Shown here piece by piece: positions 1 through 10,491 of a stretch of DNA of 64,000 nucleotides. A program made the position numbers and the translations under genes. Source of the stretch: Pseudomonadales bacterium. Lineage in GTDB: Bacteria > Pseudomonadota > Gammaproteobacteria > Pseudomonadales > Azotimanducaceae. How positions within the stretch are numbered: the first letter of the stretch is position 1; every line of letters starts with the position of its first letter. The notes beneath the pieces were generated by a model. The model had not been told where the DNA came from and did no database searches. It was given only the letters and a program-made list of their open reading frames with translations. The stretch is taken from NCBI GenBank assembly GCA_016763855.1, contig JAESSY010000021.1:6988-70987 (forward strand), read 5' to 3'.

Positions 1-906
1 TGGGAACAGGTACGTTTTAAAGAAATTAATGCAGCTTTAGAGCAAGCCCTAAATGAAAACGATGTTGTTGAATCACAACTACGGCTGCCATCAGAACAAA
101 ACGATCTTGTTATCAACATATATGTTGCTGTATTAGTTGATGCTCAACAAGAGCCCACTGGCGCAATCATTGTTCTCCATGACATTTCGAAACTAGATAG
201 GCTTGTTAAGATCAGAAGGGATTTTGTGGCTAACGCTTCACATGAATTAAAAACCCCCATCACTGCTATCAAGGGTCTAGCAGAAACGATTCTTGATGAC
301 AAAGAGATGCCAGAAGATACAAAGAATAATTTTATAGAAAAAATCAGCGCTCAAAGTACACGCCTTTCTACATTGGTCACAGATCTTATCAGCCTGTCTC
401 GTTTGGAATCTGACCCAGATACAGATAACTTTCGTCGAATTGAAATTCAAGGTTTACTAGAAAAATCTTTTAACGGTGCAATGCAGTTGTGTTCTCAAAA
501 AAACTTAAATATTGAAATGACATTAAACACCGATAGTAAATTAGTTGTAATGGGCGACAGTCATGCCTTAAGCCAATTAATCGATAACCTTATAGACAAT
601 GCCATTCACTACACATCTGAAGGTGGCAACATCAGGTTAGTATTAGAGGAAAAAGATAGCCAGGCTGTCTTTACAATATCCGATACCGGAATTGGTATTG
701 CGCCTAAAGAACAAAGTCGAATTTTTGAGAGATTTTATCGAGTTGATAAAGCTCGATCTAAAGTACTGGGTGGTACCGGACTAGGTTTGTCTATTGTTAA
801 AAATATAGTTCGACAACATCAGGGGGCGATTTCAATCGAAAGCCAGCTTGGTGTTGGATCCCACTTTCAAATTTCACTTCCCCTGGTTTCAGCGACTGAG
901 CTCTAA
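1..906 (+). CDS. phoR: Phosphate regulon sensor histidine kinase PhoR, 5'-truncated by window edge
   Basis: Frame 1 is open from base 1 (WEQVRFKEINAAL...), so the CDS starts outside the window. H-box ANASHELKTP, N box DNLIDNAIHYT, G boxes DTGIGI and GGTGLGLSIVK. Lies directly upstream of pstSCAB-phoU. Confidence 0.85.
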   Translation, partial: WEQVRFKEINAALEQALNENDVVESQLRLPSEQNDLVINIYVAVLVDAQQEPTGAIIVLHDISKLDRLVKIRRDFVANASHELKTPITAIKGLAETILDDKEMPEDTKNNFIEKISAQSTRLSTLVTDLISLSRLESDPDTDNFRRIEIQGLLEKSFNGAMQLCSQKNLNIEMTLNTDSKLVVMGDSHALSQLIDNLIDNAIHYTSEGGNIRLVLEEKDSQAVFTISDTGIGIAPKEQSRIFERFYRVDKARSKVLGGTGLGLSIVKNIVRQHQGAISIESQLGVGSHFQISLPLVSATEL

Positions 907-1079
907 GCTTCACGATAACTAATCGATTTACAAATCTTCAAACACCTCCATTCTTGAATCTCGCCCTTCATAGTCTCATTGTCTGTCTGAAGCATTAATA
1001 CAATCTTAATATGTTCTTAATAGAAGAGGACAAAAATAGGGCAATGAATATTTATGTGAACGACACAAAAGGGCAAAGC

Positions 1080-2093
1080 ATGTCATTGAAATTGATCAAG
1101 AAAAGCATTCTGATAAACGCTGCAATTGTAATGCTGGGTATTGTCTCCAGTAACGTTTATGCAAGTGAACGGCTTAGAGGCACTGTATCACTGGATGGCT
1201 CAAGTACGGTATTTCCAATAAGTGAGGCGGCAGCTGAAGAATTTCTAGCAATTCAACCCAGAATCAGAGTCACTGTGGGTGTATCAGGTACAGGAGGCGG
1301 ATTTAAGAAGTTTCTCTTAGGAGAAACGGATATCAACAACGGTTCAAGACCCATCAAAGAAATAGAAATTTCAATAGCTGAAAAGAAAAATATAGAGTTT
1401 CTTGAATTGCCTATTGCGTTTGACGGCTTATCGGTGGTGGTCAATAAAAATAACCACTGGGTTGACCACTTAACAGTTGCTGAGTTGCATCAAATATGGA
1501 AACCTGGGAGTGACGTCATTTACTGGAGTGACGTCAGGCCGAGTTGGCCAAAGCAAAAAATTAAACTCTATGGTCCAGGTACGGATTCAGGCACTTTTGA
1601 TTATTTCACTGAGACAATCAACGGTAAATCCGGTCGTTCTCGTCCTGACTATACCGCCAGTGAGAATGACAACACACTAGTACAAGGTATTGCGGGTGAC
1701 ATAAACTCACTTGGATACTTCGGGTTTGCCTATTACGTGGCAAACAAAAATAAATTAAATCTTGTGGGCATAGACAGCGGTTCAGGACCCGTCCTACCCT
1801 CTGCCGTGACCATTAAAAATGGAAGCTACTTTCCGCTTTCAAGACCTATCTATATTTACGTTAGAAACACAGCATTAGATCGACCAGAAGTGAGTGCTTT
1901 TGTTGATTTCTATCTGAAGAATGTAGCGTCATTTGCTTCTGAGGTGGGATTTATTGCACTGCCAAAAAAGGTCTACGATCGTGCCTTAAAACGAGTTCAG
2001 CAAAGGGAAACAGGCACCGCCTACGGGAAATCAAACAAAAAATCTGTTGCTAGCTTGCTTGTCGATCCAAGCAAAATTGTAAACTCGAATTAA
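1080..2093 (+). CDS. pstS: Phosphate ABC transporter substrate-binding protein PstS
   Basis: Signatures [16 protein letters not shown] and [12 protein letters not shown]. The signal peptide [28 protein letters not shown] starts at the ATG at 1080, which I prefer over the track start at 1011. Followed by pstCAB. Confidence 0.85.
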   Translation: MSLKLIKKSILINAAIVMLGIVSSNVYASERLRGTVSLDGSSTVFPISEAAAEEFLAIQPRIRVTVGVSGTGGGFKKFLLGETDINNGSRPIKEIEISIAEKKNIEFLELPIAFDGLSVVVNKNNHWVDHLTVAELHQIWKPGSDVIYWSDVRPSWPKQKIKLYGPGTDSGTFDYFTETINGKSGRSRPDYTASENDNTLVQGIAGDINSLGYFGFAYYVANKNKLNLVGIDSGSGPVLPSAVTIKNGSYFPLSRPIYIYVRNTALDRPEVSAFVDFYLKNVASFASEVGFIALPKKVYDRALKRVQQRETGTAYGKSNKKSVASLLVDPSKIVNSN

Positions 2094-2098
2094 CGAAT

Positions 2099-3025
2099 AT
2101 GAAAATAGCAATGACCCTCAATAAGAGCAATGGTAAAAATACCCGCAGCACTTGGCTCGAAAAATTAATCGTTGGTACTTTAGCTGGATGTACCCTCATT
2201 TCAGTAATCACAACTGTTGTGATTATCTTGATGTTAGGTAAAGAGTCTGCAGTATTTTTCACACAGATACCGTTTTTAGACTTTATACTTGGTACCCGTT
2301 GGGTGCCATTATTGGAACCCACTTCCTATGGGGTTTTGCCACTTGTTTGGGGAACGCTACTCATCACCTTTGGGGCAAGCCTTATTGCCATTCCTATCGG
2401 ATTATGTAGTGCTATCTACTTAAGCGAATACGCTTCAAGCAGAATGCGCTCAATTGTTAAACCCATATTAGAATTGTTAGCTGGTATCCCCACCGTTGTC
2501 TACGGTTATTTCGCCCTCACCTTTGTAACGCCTTTGTTGAAAACAATCTTTCCTTCGATACAAGTATTCAATGCACTGAGCGGAGCGATTGTCGTTGGCA
2601 TTATGATTCTCCCTATGATAGCGACACTGAGTGATAATGCGCTTTCAGCTGTTCCAAGGAGTCTCAGAGAAGGGGCGTACGCCCTAGGGGCGACTTCTTT
2701 TGAAGTGACAACGAAGGTTGTCGTACCGGCTGCGCTGTCAGGTGTTATGTCTTCTTTCTTACTGGCAATCTCACGGGCGATTGGTGAAACCATGGCAGTG
2801 ACTTTAGCCGCAGGAGCAACACCCAATATGTCACTTACCTTCCTGGAAAGCATTCAAACAATGACCGCCTTTATTGTTCAAATCAGCCTTGGTGATACAC
2901 CAGCTGGTGGTATTGCCTACCAAACCTTATTCGCAGTCGCGAGTTTACTATTTCTGATTACACTAGTACTTAACATCATTTCTCAATGGCTAATGAACAG
3001 ATACCGAGAGGTCTATGACGAATGA
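2099..3025 (+). CDS. pstC: Phosphate ABC transporter permease PstC
   Basis: Multi-pass membrane protein with an EAA-like loop ([14 protein letters not shown]). Its position between pstS and pstA fits. Overlaps pstA by 4 nt. Confidence 0.9.
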   Translation: MKIAMTLNKSNGKNTRSTWLEKLIVGTLAGCTLISVITTVVIILMLGKESAVFFTQIPFLDFILGTRWVPLLEPTSYGVLPLVWGTLLITFGASLIAIPIGLCSAIYLSEYASSRMRSIVKPILELLAGIPTVVYGYFALTFVTPLLKTIFPSIQVFNALSGAIVVGIMILPMIATLSDNALSAVPRSLREGAYALGATSFEVTTKVVVPAALSGVMSSFLLAISRAIGETMAVTLAAGATPNMSLTFLESIQTMTAFIVQISLGDTPAGGIAYQTLFAVASLLFLITLVLNIISQWLMNRYREVYDE

Positions 3026-3912
3026 GTATTTCAATTAAGTCATATTATCCGAATGAAGAACTTGCTCTGCGAATTCGCCATAGGAAAGCAGTTTATTTCT
3101 CTCGTTTTTGCGCACTCGTGACATGGTTAGGTGTGGCATTATTGGCTGTGCTTTTTTACCAAATCGCAGTCGATGGATATATGTGGTTAGATTTTCAGTT
3201 CTTATCCAGTTTCCCCTCAAGATTTCCTTATAAAGCTGGGATTAAATCAGCCCTTGTGGGTACGCTCTGGCTCATCACAATGTTGACCTTCATCGCCATT
3301 CCTTTAGGCGTGTCTACTGCCCTCTACCTGGAAGAATTCAGTAAAGACGGGCGAATACACCGCTTAATCAGCTTAAACATATCAAACCTGGCAGGCGTTC
3401 CATCCATTGTATATGGAATCATTGGACTTGCAGTATTTGTACGGGGTTTGGAACTAGAACGCAGCTTAGTCTCAGGCGCTCTTACTATGAGCTTGCTGAT
3501 TCTTCCTGTCATTATTATAGCGAGTCGTGAGGCAATCAAAAGTGTACCGGATGGCATTAGAAATGCAGCCTATGCCTTAGGAGCAACACCGTGGCAGACT
3601 GCATGGTCTCACATTCTTCCTGCATCTTTCCCTGGTATATTAACGGGCGTCATCCTTTCGTTGTCTCGCGCGATAGGTGAAACCGCACCTTTGATCATGA
3701 TAGGCGCATTAACTTATGTTGCTTTTCTACCAGAAGGACCCATGGATTCTTTCACTACACTTCCGATACAAATATATAACTGGATATCAAGACCTCAAGA
3801 AGAATTTCATCAACTGGCTGCCGCTGCAATTATAGTATTACTCACTGTATTACTCACAATGAACGCCGGTGCGATTTACATTCGGCATAAAACAGAGCAA
3901 AGACTAAAATGA
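3022..3912 (+). CDS. pstA: Phosphate ABC transporter permease PstA
   Basis: Multi-pass membrane protein with loop [14 protein letters not shown] and motif [10 protein letters not shown]. Overlaps both neighbours by 4 nt. Confidence 0.9.
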   Translation: MSISIKSYYPNEELALRIRHRKAVYFSRFCALVTWLGVALLAVLFYQIAVDGYMWLDFQFLSSFPSRFPYKAGIKSALVGTLWLITMLTFIAIPLGVSTALYLEEFSKDGRIHRLISLNISNLAGVPSIVYGIIGLAVFVRGLELERSLVSGALTMSLLILPVIIIASREAIKSVPDGIRNAAYALGATPWQTAWSHILPASFPGILTGVILSLSRAIGETAPLIMIGALTYVAFLPEGPMDSFTTLPIQIYNWISRPQEEFHQLAAAAIIVLLTVLLTMNAGAIYIRHKTEQRLK

Positions 3913-4703
3913 CAAGTGAATCCAAAACTACTCCCATAGCCAATTATCATGGGTCTGAATCTGTTCTAGAATTACGTGATGTCTCAATTTGTTACTCAGG
4001 AAACCCTGCTGTGCAGAATGTTTCCCTAAATATTTTCAAGTATAATGTCACGTCTATAATTGGTCCTTCTGGCTGCGGGAAAAGTACACTACTAAGATCT
4101 TTAAATCGGATGAACGATTTTATCGCAGACGTGACAATAGAAGGCAGTATTAAATTTGATGGCGTAGAACTAACGGGTAAGGAAATTGATCCCGTTTTGT
4201 TGCGGCGTCGTGTAGGAATGGTATTTCAAAAACCTAATCCTTTTCCAAAATCAATTTATAAAAATATTGCTTGGGGACCAGGAATCAATGGTTATGAAGG
4301 TTCAATGGATGATTTGGTTGAACACTCCCTGGTACAAGCGGCACTCTGGGACGAAGTTAAGGATCGTCTACAAGATTCAGCCTTAAGTCTATCTGGTGGT
4401 CAGCAACAAAGGTTATGCATTGCTAGAGCTTTGGCTATGGCGCCAGATGTACTTCTTATGGATGAACCTTGCTCTGCTCTTGATCCGATATCTACTTCAC
4501 GTATTGAGGATTTGATTTTTGCACTTAAATCTAAATATACCATCGTTATCGTCACTCACAATATGCAACAAGCTGCACGCATTTCTGATTACACCGCTTT
4601 TATGGAATCCGGTAAGCTCGTTGAGTTTGATATTACCAATCAGATATTTACCAACCCTACTGAAAAGCGTACTGAAGAATATGTCACCGGACGATTCGGT
4701 TAA
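3909..4703 (+). CDS. pstB: Phosphate ABC transporter ATP-binding protein PstB
   Basis: Walker [13 protein letters not shown] signature LSGGQQQRL, Walker [12 protein letters not shown]. Confidence 0.95.
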   Translation: MTSESKTTPIANYHGSESVLELRDVSICYSGNPAVQNVSLNIFKYNVTSIIGPSGCGKSTLLRSLNRMNDFIADVTIEGSIKFDGVELTGKEIDPVLLRRRVGMVFQKPNPFPKSIYKNIAWGPGINGYEGSMDDLVEHSLVQAALWDEVKDRLQDSALSLSGGQQQRLCIARALAMAPDVLLMDEPCSALDPISTSRIEDLIFALKSKYTIVIVTHNMQQAARISDYTAFMESGKLVEFDITNQIFTNPTEKRTEEYVTGRFG

Positions 4704-4734
4704 TTATCTTTTACTCGGACACCTAAGGAATCCC

Positions 4735-5400
4735 ATGTCATTACATCTACAACACGACCTTACAGCCTTAAACAAGGAAATTTTACACCTTGGCACTATG
4801 GTTGAAACAGCAATCAACAAAGCGATAAGGTCATTGGTAGATAGACGCCCTGAATTGGCAGAAAGCGTAATTAAGGAAGAACATCTTGTTAATAGAAAAG
4901 AGGTGGAGATTGAAGAGCACTGCCTACAAATACTTGCACTTCATCAACCAGTCGCTACCGATTTACGTTTGATCGTCGTCATTCTTAAGGTCAACAATGA
5001 TCTAGAGAGAATGGGCGACTTTGCTGTCAACATAGCTAATCGTGCACTTTCCCTTTGTCGTGAAGCGCCTATCCCCTATCCAAGTGAGATAACCAAAACA
5101 ATGTCTCGAGGCATTAGCATGATGGTGCAGAATAGTTTGGATGCGCTTGTTAAGCTCGATGTTGATTTAGCACGCCAGGTAATTCAAATGGACGACGAAA
5201 TCGATGAAGCCAATAGACAGATGTACGTTGAACTACAGGCACTCATGGAACAAGATAGCTCAACTATTAAGCAAGCAATAGAATTGTTATCCACATCCAG
5301 ATATCTAGAACGTATTGCTGATTTAGCAACCAATATTGCTGAAGAGGTAATTTTTATAGTTGAAGGCGAAGTGGTGCGGCATCAAGCTCACAAAACCTAA
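4735..5400 (+). CDS. phoU: Phosphate signalling complex protein PhoU
   Basis: Two PhoU repeats with LERMGDFAVNIA and LERIADLATNIA. The ATG at 4735 (MSLHLQHDL...) lies just after the pstB stop. The track start at 4519 would overlap pstB by 185 nt. Confidence 0.9.
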   Translation: MSLHLQHDLTALNKEILHLGTMVETAINKAIRSLVDRRPELAESVIKEEHLVNRKEVEIEEHCLQILALHQPVATDLRLIVVILKVNNDLERMGDFAVNIANRALSLCREAPIPYPSEITKTMSRGISMMVQNSLDALVKLDVDLARQVIQMDDEIDEANRQMYVELQALMEQDSSTIKQAIELLSTSRYLERIADLATNIAEEVIFIVEGEVVRHQAHKT

Positions 5401-5408
5401 GCCATTCT

Positions 5409-6560
5409 TCAGATAGCGCTAACTGAAGCCATTAGCCGAAGATAATTCCCACCTAATACCTTCGCTGTGCCAGCCTCCCCCATTCCACGATCTAACAACA
5501 TGCCTGCGATTAAAGGCAGCGAATCAAAATTATCGTATACCGGTTTATAATTTCCATCCATATCGCTGCCAATTGATATGTGATTAACACCCACAGCATC
5601 GACCAGATAAAATAATTGGTCGATGTAATCACTTAAACTACTTAGACCAATACCTGCAGGCCATGCGCCAATAATACCTCCATTTTCTGCCACCAATCTA
5701 GCGAGCTCCAAATCGATAAATCTGGGGTGAGAAAATTCAGAACGATTAATACCTGCATGGGATACGACCACAGGTTTACTAGAAATCTCAATTGCATCTA
5801 AAGCAGTTTGCTTACTCGCATGGGCTAAATCTATAACCATACCTATCTGATTCATTGATTTGACCACAGCTTTTCCGAAGTCAGTTAAACCCTTATGTTT
5901 TTCTGGCGCTGTTTGTATGTCACCAATTTCATTTATATGATAATGAACTAAGGTAATAGATCTGAGGCCGTCTGCGTAACATGCCTCAAGGCGCTCTAAC
6001 TTCCCTTCCAGAAAATCACCACCTTCTGCTGTGAATAGGATTCCCATTTGGTTTTCATTCTTTGTATCATTGATATCACCAACAGACCTAATAAGGCGAA
6101 TCCCTTCGTGGTCTGAAAAAGAGACAATTCGATCCTTTTGATTTTGATAACTCCGCCACGCTTCGCCAGGTCGAAACTCTCGAGCCGCAGTGATACCCAT
6201 TTCGCCAATTTCGAGCAATTGAAAATCGCTAACCGTGGCAAAGCTTGCTACTGTTAGCCCGCCTCTTTTCATATCCTTCAAGGCGCGACTTTCAAATAAA
6301 CTAGTTGCGGCGTATGCTCTCATCTGCAAGTTAAGATCATGGGCTCCAGCCACAAATGAGCGACCAGGATGGGCATGTATATCGATTGAGATATGTTTAG
6401 ATAGAAATTGCTTACCTTTATGAATTAGGGCCTCAGTAGGCTCAAACCCTAGCGGTGCTCTCTCGTTAAACTTATAATATACCGCTCCTATACCGCTCAT
6501 TGCGATGACTGAACCACCTATCATAAAATTTCTTCTACTGAATATTTTTCTATCTGCCAT
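5409..6560 (-). CDS. Membrane (renal-type) dipeptidase, peptidase M19 family, with Tat-like signal
   Basis: Metal-ligand stretches DIHAHPG, VIDLAHAS, VVVSHAG and GSDMDG. The N-terminus has a twin-arginine motif (SRRNFMIGG). Confidence 0.7.
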   Translation of the reverse strand: MADRKIFSRRNFMIGGSVIAMSGIGAVYYKFNERAPLGFEPTEALIHKGKQFLSKHISIDIHAHPGRSFVAGAHDLNLQMRAYAATSLFESRALKDMKRGGLTVASFATVSDFQLLEIGEMGITAAREFRPGEAWRSYQNQKDRIVSFSDHEGIRLIRSVGDINDTKNENQMGILFTAEGGDFLEGKLERLEACYADGLRSITLVHYHINEIGDIQTAPEKHKGLTDFGKAVVKSMNQIGMVIDLAHASKQTALDAIEISSKPVVVSHAGINRSEFSHPRFIDLELARLVAENGGIIGAWPAGIGLSSLSDYIDQLFYLVDAVGVNHISIGSDMDGNYKPVYDNFDSLPLIAGMLLDRGMGEAGTAKVLGGNYLRLMASVSAI

Positions 6561-6603
6561 GATTGTCCCTTCCTAAGTCATCACACTTTCTACTCTTATT
6601 TTT

Positions 6604-7065
6604 TTAAAAAAGTCCATTCTCAATGCCTGCGGCCATGTACATGCCAAGTTCTTTGCAAGATTCTATTACCTTATCCTCAAGTTTACCCTGAGAGATTACG
6701 GGCTCTTGAACTTCCTTAAACGGATATCCTTTTACAATACGCCTGATACTCCGCAAAGCACCTGCGCCGTCGTTTCCTGCACAAATAGACACACAATAAG
6801 GCAGTCCTTCTACTTTGCCTTCAGCGGGATAATAAGTTCTGTCGAAAAAATCTTTCAATGCACCGGACATATAACCGAAATTTTCCGGCGTACCCAAAAT
6901 CAATCCATCGGCCCACAACAATTCTTCTAAGTCAGCATCTTTCGCCAGTAGCATTCTAACATCCACATCGATATCAGCGTGATCAGCACCACTAAATACC
7001 GCGTCGGCCATCTTGGTAGTATTACCGTCTTTACTATGATAGATAATGAGTAAATTTTTCACCAT
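6604..7065 (-). CDS. Flavodoxin-like / NAD(P)H-dependent FMN oxidoreductase family protein
   Basis: N-terminal LLIIYHSKDGNTTKMA flavodoxin-type FMN loop; 153 aa. Its start codon shares one nucleotide with the lutC stop (TAATG at 7063-7067), which suggests translational coupling. Confidence 0.65.
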   Translation of the reverse strand: MVKNLLIIYHSKDGNTTKMADAVFSGADHADIDVDVRMLLAKDADLEELLWADGLILGTPENFGYMSGALKDFFDRTYYPAEGKVEGLPYCVSICAGNDGAGALRSIRRIVKGYPFKEVQEPVISQGKLEDKVIESCKELGMYMAAGIENGLF

Positions 7066-7709
7066 TAACTGCCAATAATTATGATGTGAAGTTCTTTAGG
7101 TCCGTGGGCGCCGAACTCCATGATCATTTCAATATCACCAGTACAGGATGGACCAGACACCAGGGTGATATCCCGTGGCATGTCATTCCGCGTTCGCGCC
7201 CAAATATCTTCATACGCACCCATAATCTGATCTTCTTTCAACAAGACAATATGTTTTTCGCCTAAGAAATTGAAACTTAAAGGCATTTGCTTTGAACTGC
7301 TGATAACGAGACTTCCTGTTTCTGCAACAGCGCCAAAGCAATCACTGATGCAAATATCGAGACTAGATCTTGGCGTCCATTCAACTGTTTGAACTGATGA
7401 ATAAGCTGAGAAATCCAACTCGAATTCCAGTACATTGATACAGAGTTCAAAGCTTCCATCACCTAGGTAAGCCATAATCTCACCCCCAAGATCTGTGTCA
7501 TTGTTTACCCGATTCACAGTTCCGTGGGCTTTTTCCATCTTTTCTTGGAATAGATCTACTAGATCACTATGGGATTGCCGACATCGACTCGGTATTGTGT
7601 TCGGTAAATGGTTTGCCAAACGACTTTCAACAACTTGGAGGCGCGTCTTATCTTCTGAATCAACAGCTAATTTTTTTCGAATACGGTCGAGTATTTCCGT
7701 TCGCGACAT
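7065..7709 (-). CDS. lutC: Lactate utilisation protein C (LUD domain)
   Basis: LUD-domain-sized protein downstream of lutA and lutB. I prefer the ATG at 7709 (MSRTEILDRIRKKL), which is preceded by GGAGG and lies just after the lutB stop at 7712. The track start at 7754 overlaps lutB. Confidence 0.7.
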   Translation of the reverse strand: MSRTEILDRIRKKLAVDSEDKTRLQVVESRLANHLPNTIPSRCRQSHSDLVDLFQEKMEKAHGTVNRVNNDTDLGGEIMAYLGDGSFELCINVLEFELDFSAYSSVQTVEWTPRSSLDICISDCFGAVAETGSLVISSSKQMPLSFNFLGEKHIVLLKEDQIMGAYEDIWARTRNDMPRDITLVSGPSCTGDIEMIMEFGAHGPKELHIIIIGS

Positions 7710-7711
7710 AT

Positions 7712-9154
7712 TCAGACCTCCTTCTTTTGTCGGTTTTTTTGCATTGTTTTCCACTGAGACATGAATGTCGTGGATGGCGGTGTTCGAAAATCACGATCCT
7801 TCGTCCAATTCCCGGCAAGCCCGGGTAACTTGATGATATAGCCCGTCGCTTTGTTACCAAAAAGACCCAGTATTCTAATGCCGAGGGATGCGAGCATGTG
7901 TTGGAGTAAGGGATGACGATTTAGCAAAGCCCAAGCACGTAATCCCCAACGCATGGATAGAGGGTTAAGTCCTGCTTCAAACTCTTTGTTGCGCCAATGT
8001 CGCATTAGCTTGGGTAAAGGAATATGTACAGGGCAAACCGATTCGCAACGACCACAAAAAGTCGATGCATTGGGTAATTGCTTGGCTTCTTCTAATCTTG
8101 AGAATTGTGGCGTAAGGACTGCCCCCATCGGACCGCTATAGACTGATCCATAAGCATGCCCACCGATTGATAAATAGACTGGACAATGATTCAGACAAGC
8201 AGAGCAACGAATACAACGTAGCATATCTTGAAGTTCTGTACCGAGCATCTCTGATCTGCCGTTATCTACTAACACTACATGAAAGTTTTTAGGGCCATCT
8301 TGATCTTCTTCTCGCCGCGGACCCGTTATGAAAGAAGTGTAAGCTGAAATTTCTGCACCTACCGCAGACCTTGCCAACAAGCGAATAAAGGTTGAAGCGT
8401 CCTCTAAGGTAGGAATAATCTTTTCAATTCCCGTGACAACGATATGAGTCTCGGGTATTGCAGTGGTGAGTTCTGCGTTCCCTTCATTAGTCACTAGGAC
8501 TATTGTCCCTGTATCGGCCACGAGAAAATTCGCACCAGAAATCCCGACGTCAGCACCCAAAAACTTCTCTCTTAAAACTTGCCTTGCTTCTCCAACCAAA
8601 TCCACTCGCTCAGTCAATTTCTCATTGAACCCTAAATTACTGTGCTGATCAAAAAAGGTATCCGCTACTTGGCTTTTAGATAAATGAACTGCTGGCGCAA
8701 TAATATGACTTGGCCTCTCCCCTCGGAGTTGGATAATATATTCGCCAAGATCTGTTTCAACTGCATCAAGTCCATGGTCTTCAAGAAAAGGGACTAAGTC
8801 GATTTCCTCAGTGACCATTGATTTGCTTTTCGTAATGGTACGGGCATTTTCCGCTTGGCAGAGGCTCAGCACAATCTCTCGGGCTTCACCTTCATTACTC
8901 GCCCAGTGAACATGCCCCCCTTTATTAGTAACTTGTTCTTCGAACTTCATCAAATAGATGTCTAGATACTGAAGGCAATGATCCTTAATGTCTCGGGCTT
9001 CATCTCTAAGTTGGTCAAACTCTGGAAAATCAGCGACAGCGGCAGTGCGCTTAAAGGAAAGTCCTTTACCTAGCATACCCAAAGAAGCTTGAAGACTGTT
9101 GTTATCCAAAGCTAAATTGACTAAAGGAATAAAGTCTTTGCTATTAACTTGCAT
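7712..9154 (-). CDS. lutB: Lactate utilisation iron-sulfur protein B (LutB/LldF)
   Basis: Two 4Fe-4S motifs, CIRCSACLNHCPV and CGRCESVCPV, plus an N-terminal LUD-like region. The ATG at 9154 is preceded by GAGGG. The track start at 9169 is a GTG. Confidence 0.85.
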   Translation of the reverse strand: MQVNSKDFIPLVNLALDNNSLQASLGMLGKGLSFKRTAAVADFPEFDQLRDEARDIKDHCLQYLDIYLMKFEEQVTNKGGHVHWASNEGEAREIVLSLCQAENARTITKSKSMVTEEIDLVPFLEDHGLDAVETDLGEYIIQLRGERPSHIIAPAVHLSKSQVADTFFDQHSNLGFNEKLTERVDLVGEARQVLREKFLGADVGISGANFLVADTGTIVLVTNEGNAELTTAIPETHIVVTGIEKIIPTLEDASTFIRLLARSAVGAEISAYTSFITGPRREEDQDGPKNFHVVLVDNGRSEMLGTELQDMLRCIRCSACLNHCPVYLSIGGHAYGSVYSGPMGAVLTPQFSRLEEAKQLPNASTFCGRCESVCPVHIPLPKLMRHWRNKEFEAGLNPLSMRWGLRAWALLNRHPLLQHMLASLGIRILGLFGNKATGYIIKLPGLAGNWTKDRDFRTPPSTTFMSQWKTMQKNRQKKEV

Positions 9155-9172
9155 TATTTTTGCCCTCACGCA

Positions 9173-9925
9173 CTACGTTAATCTTTCCCGCGTTAATCTT
9201 TCCCGCGTTAATAGCTCCGCGTAATGGAAAACCTGCAAATCAATCCCCAAACGGTGCAACTTACCTTCCATGTTCATAAGACAACCCAAATCTCCCGTTA
9301 CCAGTGCAGCAGCATCAGTCTTGTTTGCATCCATGACTTTCTTCTCAACCATTTGATTAGAGATCTCAGGGTACTTGACGCAAAATGCGCCTCCAAAACC
9401 ACAGCAAACTTCAGGTTCATCCATTTCGATGATGTTCACTCCGCTTTGTGCTAACAATGCCCGTGGCTGATTTTTGATATCAAGTTCTCTTAATCCTGCA
9501 CAAGCATCGTGATATGTGACTTCCATTTTGTCGATAAATACAGGTTTGTAATCAGCAACTTCACATAAAAAATGTGAGAGTTCATAAACTTTTGCTGTGA
9601 GTCTTTCAGCCTTTTGGCGATAAAGCGTATCATCGACCAATAGATCAATATAGTGATGCTTAATCATTCCGCCACAGGATCCGCTGGCTATCACCACATA
9701 TTCATAATCGATAAATGCATCTATTACTTTTCTTGCTGTTTTCTGTGCGTTTAGTTTGTCACCACCGTTAAAGTTAGGCTGCCCACAGCAAGATTGAAGC
9801 TCTGGTACAATCACTTTAAACCCTGCGTCTTCGATCAATGAGACTACGCTAAACCCAATGTCAGGCCGAAGGTTGTCAATAAGACAAGTAACAAAAAGTG
9901 CGACCTCTCCTTTTTCTTCAGTCAT
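9173..9925 (-). CDS. lutA: Lactate utilisation protein A ((Fe-S)-binding, two CCG domains)
   Basis: Cysteine-rich CCG motifs (SCCGQPNFNGG and VCCGFGGAF); first gene of the lutABC order. The C-terminus carries a duplicated RERLT. Confidence 0.85.
   Translation of the reverse strand: MTEEKGEVALFVTCLIDNLRPDIGFSVVSLIEDAGFKVIVPELQSCCGQPNFNGGDKLNAQKTARKVIDAFIDYEYVVIASGSCGGMIKHHYIDLLVDDTLYRQKAERLTAKVYELSHFLCEVADYKPVFIDKMEVTYHDACAGLRELDIKNQPRALLAQSGVNIIEMDEPEVCCGFGGAFCVKYPEISNQMVEKKVMDANKTDAAALVTGDLGCLMNMEGKLHRLGIDLQVFHYAELLTRERLTRERLT
9177..9213. repeat. 15-bp tandem direct repeat (GTTAATCTTTCCCGC x2 plus a partial third copy) at the lutA 3' end
   Basis: Read directly: gttaatctttcccgc (9177-9191), gttaatctttcccgc (9192-9206), gttaata (9207-9213). 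In-frame, it encodes TRERLTRERLT. Confidence 0.95.
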
Positions 9926-9948
9926 TCGAAAACCTTTTCCTAAAACGT

Positions 9949-10482
9949 TTAAACAGTCTGTAGAAGACGAATGCGATTACCTGAAATGTATTGATAATCT
10001 GGGACCTCAAGATTGATTGGCGCTGCAGCAGCTTCTACAACCCGCCCTGCCCCGTCAAAATCACTTTGGTGACAAGGACATTTGAATATCCCTACTTCAT
10101 GGAGAACTTCGCATCCAAGATGAGTGCAATTATTATACACAACGAATATTTCAGGCCTTAGTGAACGATACTGATTCAGGGCAAAATTCGGCTGGGTAGA
10201 TTCTTTAGAATTCGGATCCTTTAACTTTTCTCGCGTCGAGTCTGAGGAGGTATCGAGCAGCGCCAGTTCTGTCTGGCTTCGGCGATGAACAAAGAGGTTT
10301 CGCCCCAACCAATGGACCACTTTAGATTGCCCAGGATGTAAATCATTAATAGCAACATCCAGACTCAAGTCATTTTCGAACTTAGGAATCCACGCCTTAA
10401 AAAACGGATAGGTGAGGAAAGCAGCACCCGTTATAGTGAAGCCCTGTACAATTCTAGTTAACAATCCACGTCTATTTATCAC
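9949..10482 (-). CDS. Stand-alone Rieske [2Fe-2S] protein resembling the PetA (bc1 iron-sulfur subunit) type, with Tat-like signal
   Basis: Rieske boxes CTHLGC and CPCHQSDFD. N-terminal MINRRGLLTRIV is followed by a hydrophobic helix. No cytochrome b or c1 genes are adjacent. Confidence 0.8.
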   Translation of the reverse strand: MINRRGLLTRIVQGFTITGAAFLTYPFFKAWIPKFENDLSLDVAINDLHPGQSKVVHWLGRNLFVHRRSQTELALLDTSSDSTREKLKDPNSKESTQPNFALNQYRSLRPEIFVVYNNCTHLGCEVLHEVGIFKCPCHQSDFDGAGRVVEAAAAPINLEVPDYQYISGNRIRLLQTV

Positions 10483-10491
10483 CCTTTCAGT

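Noticed and set aside
972-990. Possible Pho box upstream of pstS (AGTCTCATTGTCTGTCTGA contains TGTC repeats)
   Set aside because: The half-sites do not match CTGTCAT with the 11-bp phasing expected of PhoB boxes. The resemblance is too weak to call by eye.
1011-1079. Upstream extension of pstS given by the track (MFLIEEDKNRAMNIYVNDTKGQS...)
   Set aside because: The signal peptide begins at the ATG at 1080. The extension has no membrane or secretory character and lies in the probable promoter region.
4519-4734. Long 5' extension of phoU overlapping pstB
   Set aside because: It overlaps the pstB 3' end by 185 nt in another frame. The conserved PhoU sequence starts at the ATG at 4735, just after the pstB stop.
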